From Bacteroidota bacterium (GTDB taxonomy: Bacteria > Bacteroidota > Bacteroidia > Chitinophagales > Chitinophagaceae), in NCBI GenBank assembly GCA_018266555.1, contig JAFEAF010000014.1, forward strand, positions 98,181-162,180: 64,000 bases of DNA. The letters run 5' to 3'. This document shows, piece after piece, positions 31,172 through 41,127 of the stretch. The translations under genes were made by a program, and so were the position numbers. The notes beneath the pieces were generated by a model, which was not told the DNA's origin, ran no database searches, and worked only from the letters and a program-made list of their open reading frames with translations. Each line of letters begins with the position of its first letter. The first letter of the stretch is position 1.

Positions 31172-34147
31172 ATGCAAAGAGCCTTTTCCATTCTTGCATA
31201 CATCTTTATCCTGGTAATTATCGGGATTCAAAACCTTTTCGCACAGCAATATCCCTTTATCTATTACACACCCAATAATGGCCTGATCAATAGCCGGGTA
31301 AAAAGCATCAAACAAGATAGCAAAGGATTTATGTATTTTATTACCCATGGCGGCCTTAGTATATATGACGGAGCCCGGTTTGTGAACTATTCACAGCAAA
31401 ACGGGTTAGCGAATGAGATTGTTAATGACATTGTTGAAATTACTCCAGATTCTTTTTTGGTTGCCACTAATGTATCATCTCTTAATACCCTGGCCAAAGG
31501 CCGGATCGGGAATTTTAAAACTTCCGATAATTATTGCCCTGTCATTAACCGGTTTTTTAAAAACAAGGAAGGCAGTTGGTATGTTGCTGCAGATGAAGGA
31601 CTTTTTGTATTCGACGGAAAGCGTTTTAACCATATTCACCTGTTCGATGACCAGGGCAAAGAGATCGGGCAGAATATTAACATGATCAGTCAATGGAACA
31701 ATTTCCTTCTTTTATCATCATGGAGTAGTTTAATAAAAGAAAAACTCATCGTTTATGATATGCAGCAAAAAAAAGTATCTGCAATTGAAACAAACCGCAA
31801 TGTACTTTCTACAACCGTAAACTTACAAGGGCAGCTCTGGGTAACTACCGACCAGGGAGTTTTCGAAATCGACACAACAACATTAAAAAAAGGTAAGCTC
31901 AATTATTTATTGCCCGGGTCAAAAATTCTAGCCTTGACAAAGCAATACCCCACGAATGTATTTTTTGATAATGAAAACAATATATGGTTTTATAACAAGG
32001 ACAGTATCTATAAACTCTCACCGGACGGCAGGGACTATCGAATGATATTATCCAAAAAAGGAATGAATACTACAAATCTCAGTGATATTTTTATTGATCG
32101 TGAAGGTATCACCTGGATCGCCATTGATGGAGCTGGGATCGCAAAACTCACCAACTCGGGTGTTGAAATGATCAATGCCCTAAATGGCACTCCCTCAATA
32201 ATCACTTCCATATTTCAGCAACGAGATAGCACCTGGCTTTACAATAACAGTAACAACAAACTATATTGTATCACACCAAAAGGCACTTTGGTATTTCCCC
32301 TGCCGGAAGCACTAAAAAATATTGAAAATATTTTTGTCAGAAACGAGAAATTATACCTCATCAATCAAAAAAGGATCGTTTCTGTTTCCAATAAAAATAA
32401 TCCACAATCCTACAGACATCCCGAACTGATCTTCTCTTCAGAAAATTTCTCCTTCGGTACCGGGCTGGCGGATCCTTATGGTAATATCATTATAGAAGCC
32501 ACTAAAGATGCATCTTCATTTTACATTTACGTAATCAGCAACAAAAAGATCATTGAAAAGTATTCTATTGGCCTGGTCGCCGATCAGATAGTTCTTGATG
32601 GCGTGGGGCGGTTATGGGTAATTACCCGCAAAAATCAATTAATGGTTTTTACTCTTCATCCCGATGATCCGTCAAATTACCTCCGGCTTTTGAAAGACTA
32701 CTCCGGGAAATTGCCTGATTTTAGCCCCCGCTCCTTAATAATTGATAAAGAAAACAATGCCTGGATCGGGACCAGATATCATGGAGTTTATTATATACGA
32801 TTTGATGGACTCCGGATTGATACGGTTCTACAACTCACAACAAAAAATGGCCTGACAGATAATTTTATTTATACGCTCACCTATGATAGTTCGGGAAACA
32901 TTTGGGCCGGAACACAAACAGGTCTGGATAAAATATTTTTAAAAAACGGGCACTATGTCATCAGCAATGTAAGTAAGAATAACAATTTTTTCCAGTCGGT
33001 ACACAAAATATCCATAACCAATGACAATACAGTGCTGGCCCTTTTAGCGGAAGGTTCTTTGCTTAAAATTGTTCCCGGGATACCAAAACTATCCGGCAGT
33101 GTACCGCAACTTCTGATCACAAATATGAATGTGAACGGCATTAAATACAATGAATCTTCCAATAAATTTACCTTTCATCAAAACAATTTTTCATTCAGTA
33201 TTGCTGCGCCTTCCTATTTGGATGAAAAGTCAATCCGGTACAGTTACCTGCTGGAAGGAAGTGGTACTAATAACTGGAGTGAGCCTTCTAATCAATCAGA
33301 TTTCATTTTCATCAACCTCACACCAGCCTCTTATACTTTAAAAGTAAAAAGTTATTTTCCAGGTGAACTATACCCCACTCAGATGATCAGTTATCCGTTT
33401 TCCATAGCCCCGCCCTGGTGGCAGACCTGGTGGTTCAGAATTTTTGCATTTGTATTTATCCTTGTGCTCATGATTTCTGCAGTACGTTTTTATTTTAAAA
33501 GAAAATTAGAAGTAACAAAAGCCCTGCTTGAAAAACAACAAGCGGTAGAAAAAGAGCGAACAAGGATAGCTACGGATATGCATGACGATCTTGGGGCCGG
33601 GCTTTCAAGGATAAAATTTTTAAGTGAAACCATTGGCATCAAAAAACAAAAAAATGAACCGATAGAAGAAGACATTAATAAAATCAGGAACTACTCCCAT
33701 GAAATGATTGATAAAATGGGTGAAATTGTATGGGCATTGAATGAAAAAAACGATACCCTGAGCGATTTGCTCTCCTATACCCGGTCTTATGCTGTTGAAT
33801 ATTTATCTCAAAACGGAATTCAATGCAGCATGGAAGCCCCCGACCAGTTCCCGCAGGATTTTATAAGCGGGGAAGTCCGGAGGAATATTTTCCTTTCTGT
33901 AAAAGAAGCCTTGCATAATGTAGTAAAACATGCACAGGCAAATTTTGTAACCCTGAAAATAAACTCGGGGAAACAACTTGAAATAACTATAATGGATAAT
34001 GGAATTGGATTTGATAAAAAAAATATTCGCCCGTTCAGCAATGGATTGTTCAATATGGAAAAAAGAATACAGGAGATAGGTGGGTCACTAATCATTACTA
34101 CCTGGAAAGGAACCACAGTGTTTATTTCCGTTCCATTGAAGGCCTAA
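31172..34147 (+). CDS. sensor histidine kinase (copy 2) with a beta-propeller-repeat/Y_Y_Y-type sensor domain
   Basis: 991 aa, colinear with 20711-23677. Shared stretches: AQQYPFIYYTPNNGLINSRVK, PPWWQTWWFR, ERTRIATDMHDDLGAGLSRIKFL, GEIVWALNEKND. Confidence 0.9.
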   Translation: MQRAFSILAYIFILVIIGIQNLFAQQYPFIYYTPNNGLINSRVKSIKQDSKGFMYFITHGGLSIYDGARFVNYSQQNGLANEIVNDIVEITPDSFLVATNVSSLNTLAKGRIGNFKTSDNYCPVINRFFKNKEGSWYVAADEGLFVFDGKRFNHIHLFDDQGKEIGQNINMISQWNNFLLLSSWSSLIKEKLIVYDMQQKKVSAIETNRNVLSTTVNLQGQLWVTTDQGVFEIDTTTLKKGKLNYLLPGSKILALTKQYPTNVFFDNENNIWFYNKDSIYKLSPDGRDYRMILSKKGMNTTNLSDIFIDREGITWIAIDGAGIAKLTNSGVEMINALNGTPSIITSIFQQRDSTWLYNNSNNKLYCITPKGTLVFPLPEALKNIENIFVRNEKLYLINQKRIVSVSNKNNPQSYRHPELIFSSENFSFGTGLADPYGNIIIEATKDASSFYIYVISNKKIIEKYSIGLVADQIVLDGVGRLWVITRKNQLMVFTLHPDDPSNYLRLLKDYSGKLPDFSPRSLIIDKENNAWIGTRYHGVYYIRFDGLRIDTVLQLTTKNGLTDNFIYTLTYDSSGNIWAGTQTGLDKIFLKNGHYVISNVSKNNNFFQSVHKISITNDNTVLALLAEGSLLKIVPGIPKLSGSVPQLLITNMNVNGIKYNESSNKFTFHQNNFSFSIAAPSYLDEKSIRYSYLLEGSGTNNWSEPSNQSDFIFINLTPASYTLKVKSYFPGELYPTQMISYPFSIAPPWWQTWWFRIFAFVFILVLMISAVRFYFKRKLEVTKALLEKQQAVEKERTRIATDMHDDLGAGLSRIKFLSETIGIKKQKNEPIEEDINKIRNYSHEMIDKMGEIVWALNEKNDTLSDLLSYTRSYAVEYLSQNGIQCSMEAPDQFPQDFISGEVRRNIFLSVKEALHNVVKHAQANFVTLKINSGKQLEITIMDNGIGFDKKNIRPFSNGLFNMEKRIQEIGGSLIITTWKGTTVFISVPLKA

Positions 34148-34189
34148 CTTTTGTTCTATTGTTACACTGAATTCAAAAAAATACTTTCG
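34145..34189 (+). promoter_or_regulatory. island motif TAACTTTTGTTCTATTG + N20 + TACTTTCG, upstream of regulator 2
   Basis: 17-mer at 34145-34161; its TAA is the kinase-2 stop codon. The box is at 34182-34189 and the ATG at 34196. Confidence 0.5.
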
Positions 34190-34195
34190 AGCCGC

Positions 34196-34825
34196 ATGAG
34201 TATAACTTTAATAATTGTAGAAGACCTGGAAGAAGTAAGAGACGGGCTGAAGAATTTTATTGGCCTCAGCAGTGATTTTAAAATACTGGACACTTATCAA
34301 ACAGCAGAAGAAGCGCTGGTTGGAATTCCAGCATTAAAACCTGATATCGTTATTATGGATATCAATCTGCCCGGTATAAGCGGTATTGATTGTATCCGGC
34401 AGTTAAAAAATATAATTCCTTCTTCTCAGTTTATTATGTTCACCGTATATGAAAATGATGAAAAAGTGTTTGAAGCATTAAAAGCCGGAGCCTCGGGTTA
34501 TATTTTAAAAAACACAGGTTTGGTTCAATTAATACAATCGTTGAAAGAATTACACGAGGGCGGCAGCCCCATGAGCGCCAACATTGCCCGAAAGCTGGTA
34601 AACGTATTTCAGAAAAATGAAAATAATTTACCCTCCATTGAATCACTCACCAACCGGGAAAATGAAATGCTTCAATTACTGTCCAAAGGTTTGTTGTATA
34701 AGGAAATTTCCGATAAAATGAGTATCTCCATCAATACTGTAAAGCAGCATATTCACAACATTTATGAAAAGCTGCATGTTCAAAACAGGACGGAAGCAAT
34801 TAATAAAGCCCTGGGAAAAAATTGA
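34196..34825 (+). CDS. NarL/FixJ (LuxR-type HTH) response regulator, copy 2
   Basis: Start chosen by alignment to copy 1 (MSITLIIVEDLEEVRDG versus MPIKVSIVEDLTEVRDG). The track's TTG start at 34151 lies inside the motif. Shared stretches: PDIVIMDINLPGISGIDCIR and FTVYENDEKV. Confidence 0.92.
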   Translation: MSITLIIVEDLEEVRDGLKNFIGLSSDFKILDTYQTAEEALVGIPALKPDIVIMDINLPGISGIDCIRQLKNIIPSSQFIMFTVYENDEKVFEALKAGASGYILKNTGLVQLIQSLKELHEGGSPMSANIARKLVNVFQKNENNLPSIESLTNRENEMLQLLSKGLLYKEISDKMSISINTVKQHIHNIYEKLHVQNRTEAINKALGKN

Positions 34826-34835
34826 TCTACAGAGC

Positions 34836-34880
34836 TAACTTTTGTGCTATTGCCCCGCTTTATCTGGCTGTGTAGCTTTA
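34836..34880 (+). promoter_or_regulatory. island motif TAACTTTTGTGCTATTG (16/17) + N20 + TAGCTTTA, upstream of the TPR-like gene, copy 2
   Basis: 17-mer at 34836-34852; box at 34873-34880; ATG at 34894. Confidence 0.5.
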
Positions 34881-34893
34881 GTAAAATATTTTC

Positions 34894-36969
34894 ATGAAAG
34901 CATTTCTTTCTGTCATTATTGTTTTGCTATTTCAACTGACCGCCTATGCACAGCAAAACCCTAAGACACAGAAAGAGTTGGAAGCCTATATGAAATCGCT
35001 TCAGAAGAAATCGGACTCGATGCTGAATTCTATGAAAAAGAAAAGCGACGGTAAAACCAACAATATTCCCGGCTCAATAAAAACGGAAAAAAACAAAACG
35101 AATAAAACAACCGAAAGCCTGCCTGCCGGACAAGCAGGCTTAAAACTTCCGGAATTGGACTCTGTAAGAGTTCGCAGCCTGCCAAAAAAAATTCTTACTC
35201 CTGCTGAACTCAGCACTTATCTTAACAACCTTTATGATCAGTTATGCCGAAAATTCCCGGAAGATGCAGTGAATTCTGCAAAATCCATTGCGTCAAAATT
35301 GGGGAATGATCCTGCAAAATTAGAAGCCGCTGCATTAATCGGCTGGCAAAACGGCGCCGATGAAGAAGCAATTATTCTTATTACGAAAGCAACAACTGTA
35401 ATCCAGGATGGATTGCTGCTTACGAATGCAGGAGGCATACTCGATATGTATGGCATGCCTGAAAAAGCCATTCCTGTTTTGCGTACCGTGGTAAGCCATG
35501 CGCCGCAAAATGTTATTGCGCTTAATAATCTTGGCCAGGCCTATACTGCGATTGGCATGAGGGATTCCGCAATGTATTATTTCAGCCGATGCCTCAGTTT
35601 ATCATCACAGCATCCCGAAGCCAATAATACGGCAGGGTATATTGAATTAAAAAGAGGAAACAAAGAAAAAGCACAATCTTATTTTGAAAACTCGCTTCGT
35701 GGCAGTTTTAATATTTCTGCATATAACGGGTTAGCCACCATTTTCAAAGACAACAAAGACAAATTAAAGATTGCGCATCTCATCAAACCAAAGGTGAATA
35801 AGCCTGAATATTTTAACCAGTTTAAATACAACAAATTTCCCAGGCAATGCCTGAATGTATTTGAAACTGCAACAGTACGGGAAGAATTCAATGCGTACAA
35901 AAAAATGCTGAACGCTGAAATGAACAAATTCAGAGTATTGGAAAAAGAAGCAGAAAAAAATATGGGGAAAAACTGGGCAGAAGAAGTTAACAGTAAAACC
36001 ATGGAAAATGTAATGAAGGGGAAAAGCTATATGCGGCCATACCAGTTAATGGGAAGTGTCATGTCGGCTGAAGCAGAACTGGGATACCGGAACGATATTG
36101 CTGATATGCAAAAATTTGAATCAGAAAACAGGGAGCAGTATAATCAGATAGCAAAAGAATACAATGATGCTTATGAGCAATTGATGAAATCAAGTGGTTA
36201 TAGTTGCGCAAAAGAAAATGAACTCAAAAACAGGTATCTGCCGCTGTTTGCACAGTTGAATGAAGAATGGCAAAGTCGCAACATGCTGATCCAAAACAAA
36301 TACATTGACGATCTCCTTTACTGGTGTTATTTCAGTGCTACAGATTTGAATGATTACCGCCACCGGTTTTATTTCTGGGTAAAAAATTATCTGTACAAAG
36401 TAAACGGGTTATCCCAGGTAGAAATATTGGAGCCCTGTGAAGAAACAGAAACAGATGAAATAGAACAACCTGTTCCAGCAGAATTAAAAGAGTTTGATTG
36501 CCCGGCTGAGGTAGAGATAGGCTTTGCGGTGGGTAAGCTTACAATAAATTGTGAAAAATTTTCTTTCAAAGCAGGTGAGCTCATCGTTTTTAAATTCGAA
36601 AAACAATTTACCGGTAAACGGCAATCAACCATTAGTATTGGTGGTGGAATGAGTATAGATGCTGCAGAAAAAGTAGGGCCAGTGAAGGCAGGGTTGGAAG
36701 CCGGTATGGACATGTCCATGTATTTCACTTTTGATAAAGCGGGCAATTGCACGGATGCAGGAATGACGTACAGCGCTTCAGCAGGTGCCGGTATTAATTT
36801 TTCTGCAGGGGAGCGAATTAAAATAAAAAGAGATCTTGGTTACATGGGCGGGTCAGTAGGATGGAAATTCGGAATCAACTCAGGTGTAAGTTTTGAAACG
36901 CCTGCTATGCTGAAGGATAAACCGGAAACACCGGTAAATAAAAATGTAAAAAATTATAATTCTAACTGA
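34894..36969 (+). CDS. secreted coiled-coil/TPR-like protein with a Gly-rich beta C-terminal module (copy 2)
   Basis: Signal peptide MKAFLSVIIVLLFQLTAYAQ. TPR-like stretch NNLGQAYTAIGMRDSAMYYFSRCLSLSSQHPEANN. Gly/Ala/Ser-rich C-terminus (ISIGGGMSIDAAEKVGPVKAGLEAGMDMS...). Confidence 0.7.
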   Translation: MKAFLSVIIVLLFQLTAYAQQNPKTQKELEAYMKSLQKKSDSMLNSMKKKSDGKTNNIPGSIKTEKNKTNKTTESLPAGQAGLKLPELDSVRVRSLPKKILTPAELSTYLNNLYDQLCRKFPEDAVNSAKSIASKLGNDPAKLEAAALIGWQNGADEEAIILITKATTVIQDGLLLTNAGGILDMYGMPEKAIPVLRTVVSHAPQNVIALNNLGQAYTAIGMRDSAMYYFSRCLSLSSQHPEANNTAGYIELKRGNKEKAQSYFENSLRGSFNISAYNGLATIFKDNKDKLKIAHLIKPKVNKPEYFNQFKYNKFPRQCLNVFETATVREEFNAYKKMLNAEMNKFRVLEKEAEKNMGKNWAEEVNSKTMENVMKGKSYMRPYQLMGSVMSAEAELGYRNDIADMQKFESENREQYNQIAKEYNDAYEQLMKSSGYSCAKENELKNRYLPLFAQLNEEWQSRNMLIQNKYIDDLLYWCYFSATDLNDYRHRFYFWVKNYLYKVNGLSQVEILEPCEETETDEIEQPVPAELKEFDCPAEVEIGFAVGKLTINCEKFSFKAGELIVFKFEKQFTGKRQSTISIGGGMSIDAAEKVGPVKAGLEAGMDMSMYFTFDKAGNCTDAGMTYSASAGAGINFSAGERIKIKRDLGYMGGSVGWKFGINSGVSFETPAMLKDKPETPVNKNVKNYNSN

Positions 36970-36970
36970 A

Positions 36971-38026
36971 ATGAACCAGTTTTTATTCCTGATCTTCCTT
37001 TTATTTTCAAACGCCTGCTTTGCTCAGGATTCAAAGAATGAAGCAAGGAGTTTTTATGAAAAAGAAATGGCTGTTTGCGGCGGAGAGGATTCCATATTCA
37101 GCAGAAAAGGAAAATGGAAAAGACAGGGTGAAGATAATTTAGTGTTTCCGGATAAAACATTTCCGAAAAGTCAATATAAATTTTCATTCGTCCGCCTCGA
37201 CAGCATTTTAGCGATGCTGATAAACAGCATCCTTGATTTAAGCGGAATGGAACCTCGCTGGCAAAGAATTATCCGGGAAGATGCTTATATACCTGGCGGG
37301 CCGGTACCCTACCATCTTTCTAATCTCTTTTTCACTTATTACTGTAACACTAACACGAACAAGATCCTATTGGGTGATGAAACTTTTAACTGGGTTTACG
37401 TATTTGTAAACAAAATGAATTGGTTTTTTCATGATGTAGATAAATGGATAATCAACGATGACGGTAAACCAAGAACCATTTACCAGCTTCCGCCCAAAGC
37501 CGGGAAATGGAAGGGAATGACTGTGTATGAACCGGATTTTTTCAATGGCACTCCGGCAAAAGTCACTCATCGGACTGTGGTGATCGGGCGCAATGGAAAA
37601 ATTCCCTGGCGAACGCTGACACAAAAAGAATATTTAACGGGACTGAAGAATGATTATGAAACGAAAGTAAAAAAATTTAAAGCGGGGTCCGGTTATGAAG
37701 CAGATTATAAAAATAAATTAAAGTACATCCATGACTATCTCTCCATCACCGATGAAGAAACCATACAACAGCCCGCTATCATTGATCCTAAATCGGGGAT
37801 TTGGGGTTTCAAAGGAAAATTCGGCGATGAAGAAGAAGGCGGATACCGCCTGGCGCTTTTCGGCGGCGGCACAAAATATTTTGATACCACCCTGCCCCGG
37901 TATGTTCCTCAACTTATTCAACTCATGTGGATATATAACACGAATGAGCCAGTGGCTTTACATTTCAAAAATCAATTTGAAGAAAATTTTCCTTTGGAAA
38001 AACTGAAAGCGATGATTGATAAATAA
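36971..38026 (+). CDS. secreted protein of the '...AMIDK' family, member C
   Basis: Signal peptide. GKWKGM, NGKIPWRTLTQKEYL, LPRYVPQLIQL, and the C-terminus FPLEKLKAMIDK. It starts 1 nt after the preceding stop. Confidence 0.75.
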   Translation: MNQFLFLIFLLFSNACFAQDSKNEARSFYEKEMAVCGGEDSIFSRKGKWKRQGEDNLVFPDKTFPKSQYKFSFVRLDSILAMLINSILDLSGMEPRWQRIIREDAYIPGGPVPYHLSNLFFTYYCNTNTNKILLGDETFNWVYVFVNKMNWFFHDVDKWIINDDGKPRTIYQLPPKAGKWKGMTVYEPDFFNGTPAKVTHRTVVIGRNGKIPWRTLTQKEYLTGLKNDYETKVKKFKAGSGYEADYKNKLKYIHDYLSITDEETIQQPAIIDPKSGIWGFKGKFGDEEEGGYRLALFGGGTKYFDTTLPRYVPQLIQLMWIYNTNEPVALHFKNQFEENFPLEKLKAMIDK

Positions 38027-38053
38027 ATGATCATATAAAAAGGAGAACTTAAT

Positions 38054-39688
38054 ATGAAAACCGTAAATTTTTATTCGGTTGGCTTCGTTGTCCTGATAAT
38101 AGTTGCTTTCTCACAACAGTCGCTCAGCCAACTGACCAATTTTTATAGCAGCCCCAATTATTCAAATTTCATTAGCACCATGATTGATAATAGTATCTGG
38201 AAATCATCTATGGAAAATTATACAAAGGGATATAAAGGCAACTCCTCCGTTACTAAATCCCCCTCTTCAATAACATCTAAGCCCGAAGAAATTCCTGAGT
38301 ATCGCAGGTACCGGGCAGTTCAATTCAAACCAACCGGCACTAGGCTGGTATTGCAGGAATATCTTGATGCCGTCAAGATAAACGCAGCAGATAAAATAGA
38401 ATTAAAAGATTTGATTTTGAAAATTTTTAAAGAATACGAGGCAGAAGCTGCGGCGAAAGGTTATCCGAATGACTGGGCTTTAGCCTTTGTTTCTTACGTG
38501 GGGCTTAATAGCCATGTTTATAATGGTAACACGGAAAAACTGATTATTCCTTTTGAGCAAAATGTGGGATTGCGGGATGTAGTAGCTGAATATGCTACTG
38601 ACAACGGGCTTTTCAACAATGTGACCGATCAAAAAAAACAAGAATTATATGAACTCATGATTATTGCCGGTGGGCTTACCTATCACTATTATGAAAAAGC
38701 CTGCAGGGAAAAAAACGGTGAAGACATAAAAAGTTGCCGGCTTTCTGCGGAGCAAAATTTAAAAATTGCAGGCATCATACCTTCTTTAAAAAAACAAGAT
38801 GATAACTCAAGCAATAATCAAACCATCATGAACGGCTCCATCAGTATGAATGATTATGAATTCATCCCTCCTGAAAATTGGGAAACCAATAAAAATAAAG
38901 ATTTTATTTCCATAAAGAATCCCAGGTCCGGATGTATCATTCAAATACTCACACCACAGCCTTCTTCCGGAAACATAGAGCAAGATGCAAATGCTGTTTT
39001 TGAAATGATGTACAAAGGATGGAGCTATCAGCAGCAAGGTGAAAAAAGTTTTTTATTGTCCACAGGTATTTTACCAAAGGGGCAGGAATATTTTATGAAA
39101 GAAGGAACGATGACGGGGTACAATGGTAACGGACAGTATCTCATTGAAGAGGGTGTTGCTATGGTAGTAAAAGCAGGCAGTAAGATTGTGATTATTGCTG
39201 CCCGGCATAACAGCAGTTCATTGGGCCACGATGAATGTTACAGGAATTACAATACGTGGAGGCGGTTTATAAACAGCTTCTCCATCAAAAATATTTTGCC
39301 CGAAAAAAATAATGCACCTGATGCCAGGCAGAGAATTTTGGGTTTGTGGAAAATTATTTCAACCGGAGTGGTATCTGCAGACTATGTATTTGCCGCCAAT
39401 GGAAATTATGAACATGGTGGCGGGATAGGATCTTCCACTACCACATCCGATATGTATTATAAATATATTTATAACCGGGCCTATCCTTTCCAGGGAAGCG
39501 GCAGCTATACGATTTCCGGCGATCAGCTTTTATTGAAAAAAAGAAGTGAAAACAATACAGAGCAAATAAGATTCCGGTTTGAAAAAATAAATCATGGAGG
39601 CGCCGGATGGAAAGATAAAATCTGGTTGTTAAAAAAAGATAATTTGGGAGAATCGGAAGTATGTTATGAAAAAGAAACGAAGGAATGA
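38054..39688 (+). CDS. secreted hypothetical protein (544 aa)
   Basis: Hydrophobic N-terminus ending SLSQ. No motif recognised. It is in the same operon-like run of genes. Confidence 0.65.
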   Translation: MKTVNFYSVGFVVLIIVAFSQQSLSQLTNFYSSPNYSNFISTMIDNSIWKSSMENYTKGYKGNSSVTKSPSSITSKPEEIPEYRRYRAVQFKPTGTRLVLQEYLDAVKINAADKIELKDLILKIFKEYEAEAAAKGYPNDWALAFVSYVGLNSHVYNGNTEKLIIPFEQNVGLRDVVAEYATDNGLFNNVTDQKKQELYELMIIAGGLTYHYYEKACREKNGEDIKSCRLSAEQNLKIAGIIPSLKKQDDNSSNNQTIMNGSISMNDYEFIPPENWETNKNKDFISIKNPRSGCIIQILTPQPSSGNIEQDANAVFEMMYKGWSYQQQGEKSFLLSTGILPKGQEYFMKEGTMTGYNGNGQYLIEEGVAMVVKAGSKIVIIAARHNSSSLGHDECYRNYNTWRRFINSFSIKNILPEKNNAPDARQRILGLWKIISTGVVSADYVFAANGNYEHGGGIGSSTTTSDMYYKYIYNRAYPFQGSGSYTISGDQLLLKKRSENNTEQIRFRFEKINHGGAGWKDKIWLLKKDNLGESEVCYEKETKE

Positions 39689-39741
39689 TGGTTTGATGGC
39701 TTGAAGGTAATTCTGTGAATTAATTAATAATCGCTATTGAT

Positions 39742-41064
39742 ATGAAAAAAATACTGACTGTTCTTTTACTTTTTGCCCTGCAAAGTTTAAATGCACAAAC
39801 AGACAGTTCATTGCTAAAATTTAATGAGTCTGGAGATTTTACCGGGTTTGGCGACCCTGATGGAAAACCGGTAAGTAAGGAAATAACTGTGGCAGGCGGA
39901 ACCATCCTTTCTGAGGACGGAAGAGTGGAATTAATTTTTCCAGAGGGCGCATTAACAGTAAATACCAACATCAGCATTCAGCCAACTACAAATCTTTTAA
40001 ATAGTGGAACAGGCAAAGCTTATAAGTTTGAACCATCAGGCATACAATTCAAAAAGCCGGTACAAATTATTTTTCATTATACAAAAGAGGAATCTGAAAC
40101 CTGCCCGGCTGACCTGATGAATATTGCCATGCAGGATCAAAATGGTAAGTGGAGTTTTGATAAATATGAAGAATGGGATAGTACCACAAATACTTTAAAG
40201 GGCTTTATCCATCATTTTTCTTATTACGCCAATTCCAATGGAGCCCGGATTTCACCGGCAAAGAATTTTATTATTGTAGAAAGTAATGTAAATATTAATT
40301 TTTATGACCGGTACGGTACTGTTCAGTCGGGTCCGCTTATCGGGAATAGTGATCGTCTTTCAGTAGGAAGCAGGTATTGGGTGGTGAATGGTGTCAGGGA
40401 AGGTAGTGATGTGGAAGGCTTTGCCACTGCGCCACCAATCGGCACTTCGCTGGGTGTATATACAGCCCCAAAAATAATGCCCCCAAAAAATCCGGTAGTC
40501 ATCCATCTGTTTTTTGAATACTATTCGGAAATATTAATGAAAGAAGTTTGGGGCGTAGTAAGCTGCAAAATCCTAGTGTATGATGAATATAAAATAGAGA
40601 TCAATCATGAATATACCGGAAGAGCATCCATGCACAGCAAAATTGGTGATAAAGGAACTTTCGTGGTTCGTGTTTCGCCAAATCGTAATTTCAGAATAAG
40701 TGAAATAAAAAACTATGAACCCGTTGTAATCAAAGAAGGAAGGAATGGTCCTTTCAAAGAAAAAGTGTTTACTGACGGTTACCCGGGAACTATTGATATA
40801 ACCGACTCCCATCTTTCAGACAGTTTAAGCCATGATTATCCTCCCGAAGTTTATTTTGAATTTGCGCCAAAGGAAATTGTCATGTGTGAAATTCAGCACA
40901 ATGCCCGGGGTATTTATGGGGAACGGGGACCGGTTACCTTTATGCGTGTGCCCGAAGAAATCAATTTCATTGCTAATGGACAGAAACAGCGCTATAACAT
41001 AACCATAGGGCGGGGTGAAACATATAAACTTATTGTGACGCCACACGGCAGGGGAAATCAATAA
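39742..41064 (+). CDS. secreted protein with an N-terminal ZU5-like domain carrying an HFS motif, followed by an Ig-like region and an unknown C-terminal domain (copy a)
   Basis: Signal peptide MKKILTVLLLFALQSLNAQ. ZU5-like pattern GGTILSEDGRVELIFPEGAL...ISIQP...YKFEPSGIQFKKPVQIIFHY...GFIHHFSYY. The HFS codons are at 40213-40221. Confidence 0.65.
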   Translation: MKKILTVLLLFALQSLNAQTDSSLLKFNESGDFTGFGDPDGKPVSKEITVAGGTILSEDGRVELIFPEGALTVNTNISIQPTTNLLNSGTGKAYKFEPSGIQFKKPVQIIFHYTKEESETCPADLMNIAMQDQNGKWSFDKYEEWDSTTNTLKGFIHHFSYYANSNGARISPAKNFIIVESNVNINFYDRYGTVQSGPLIGNSDRLSVGSRYWVVNGVREGSDVEGFATAPPIGTSLGVYTAPKIMPPKNPVVIHLFFEYYSEILMKEVWGVVSCKILVYDEYKIEINHEYTGRASMHSKIGDKGTFVVRVSPNRNFRISEIKNYEPVVIKEGRNGPFKEKVFTDGYPGTIDITDSHLSDSLSHDYPPEVYFEFAPKEIVMCEIQHNARGIYGERGPVTFMRVPEEINFIANGQKQRYNITIGRGETYKLIVTPHGRGNQ

Positions 41065-41127
41065 TAATTTTTTGCGAATAGGCTCCTAAATGAACAAATT
41101 ATTTTTTGATAAAGATTAATTCCTGAC

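Noticed and set aside
34122-34138. A 12/17 match to the island motif (TTATTTCCGTTCCATTG) 23 nt upstream of the copy at 34145
   Set aside because: It lies inside the kinase coding sequence, and similar upstream half-sites are absent at the other copies. It may be chance or a coding constraint.
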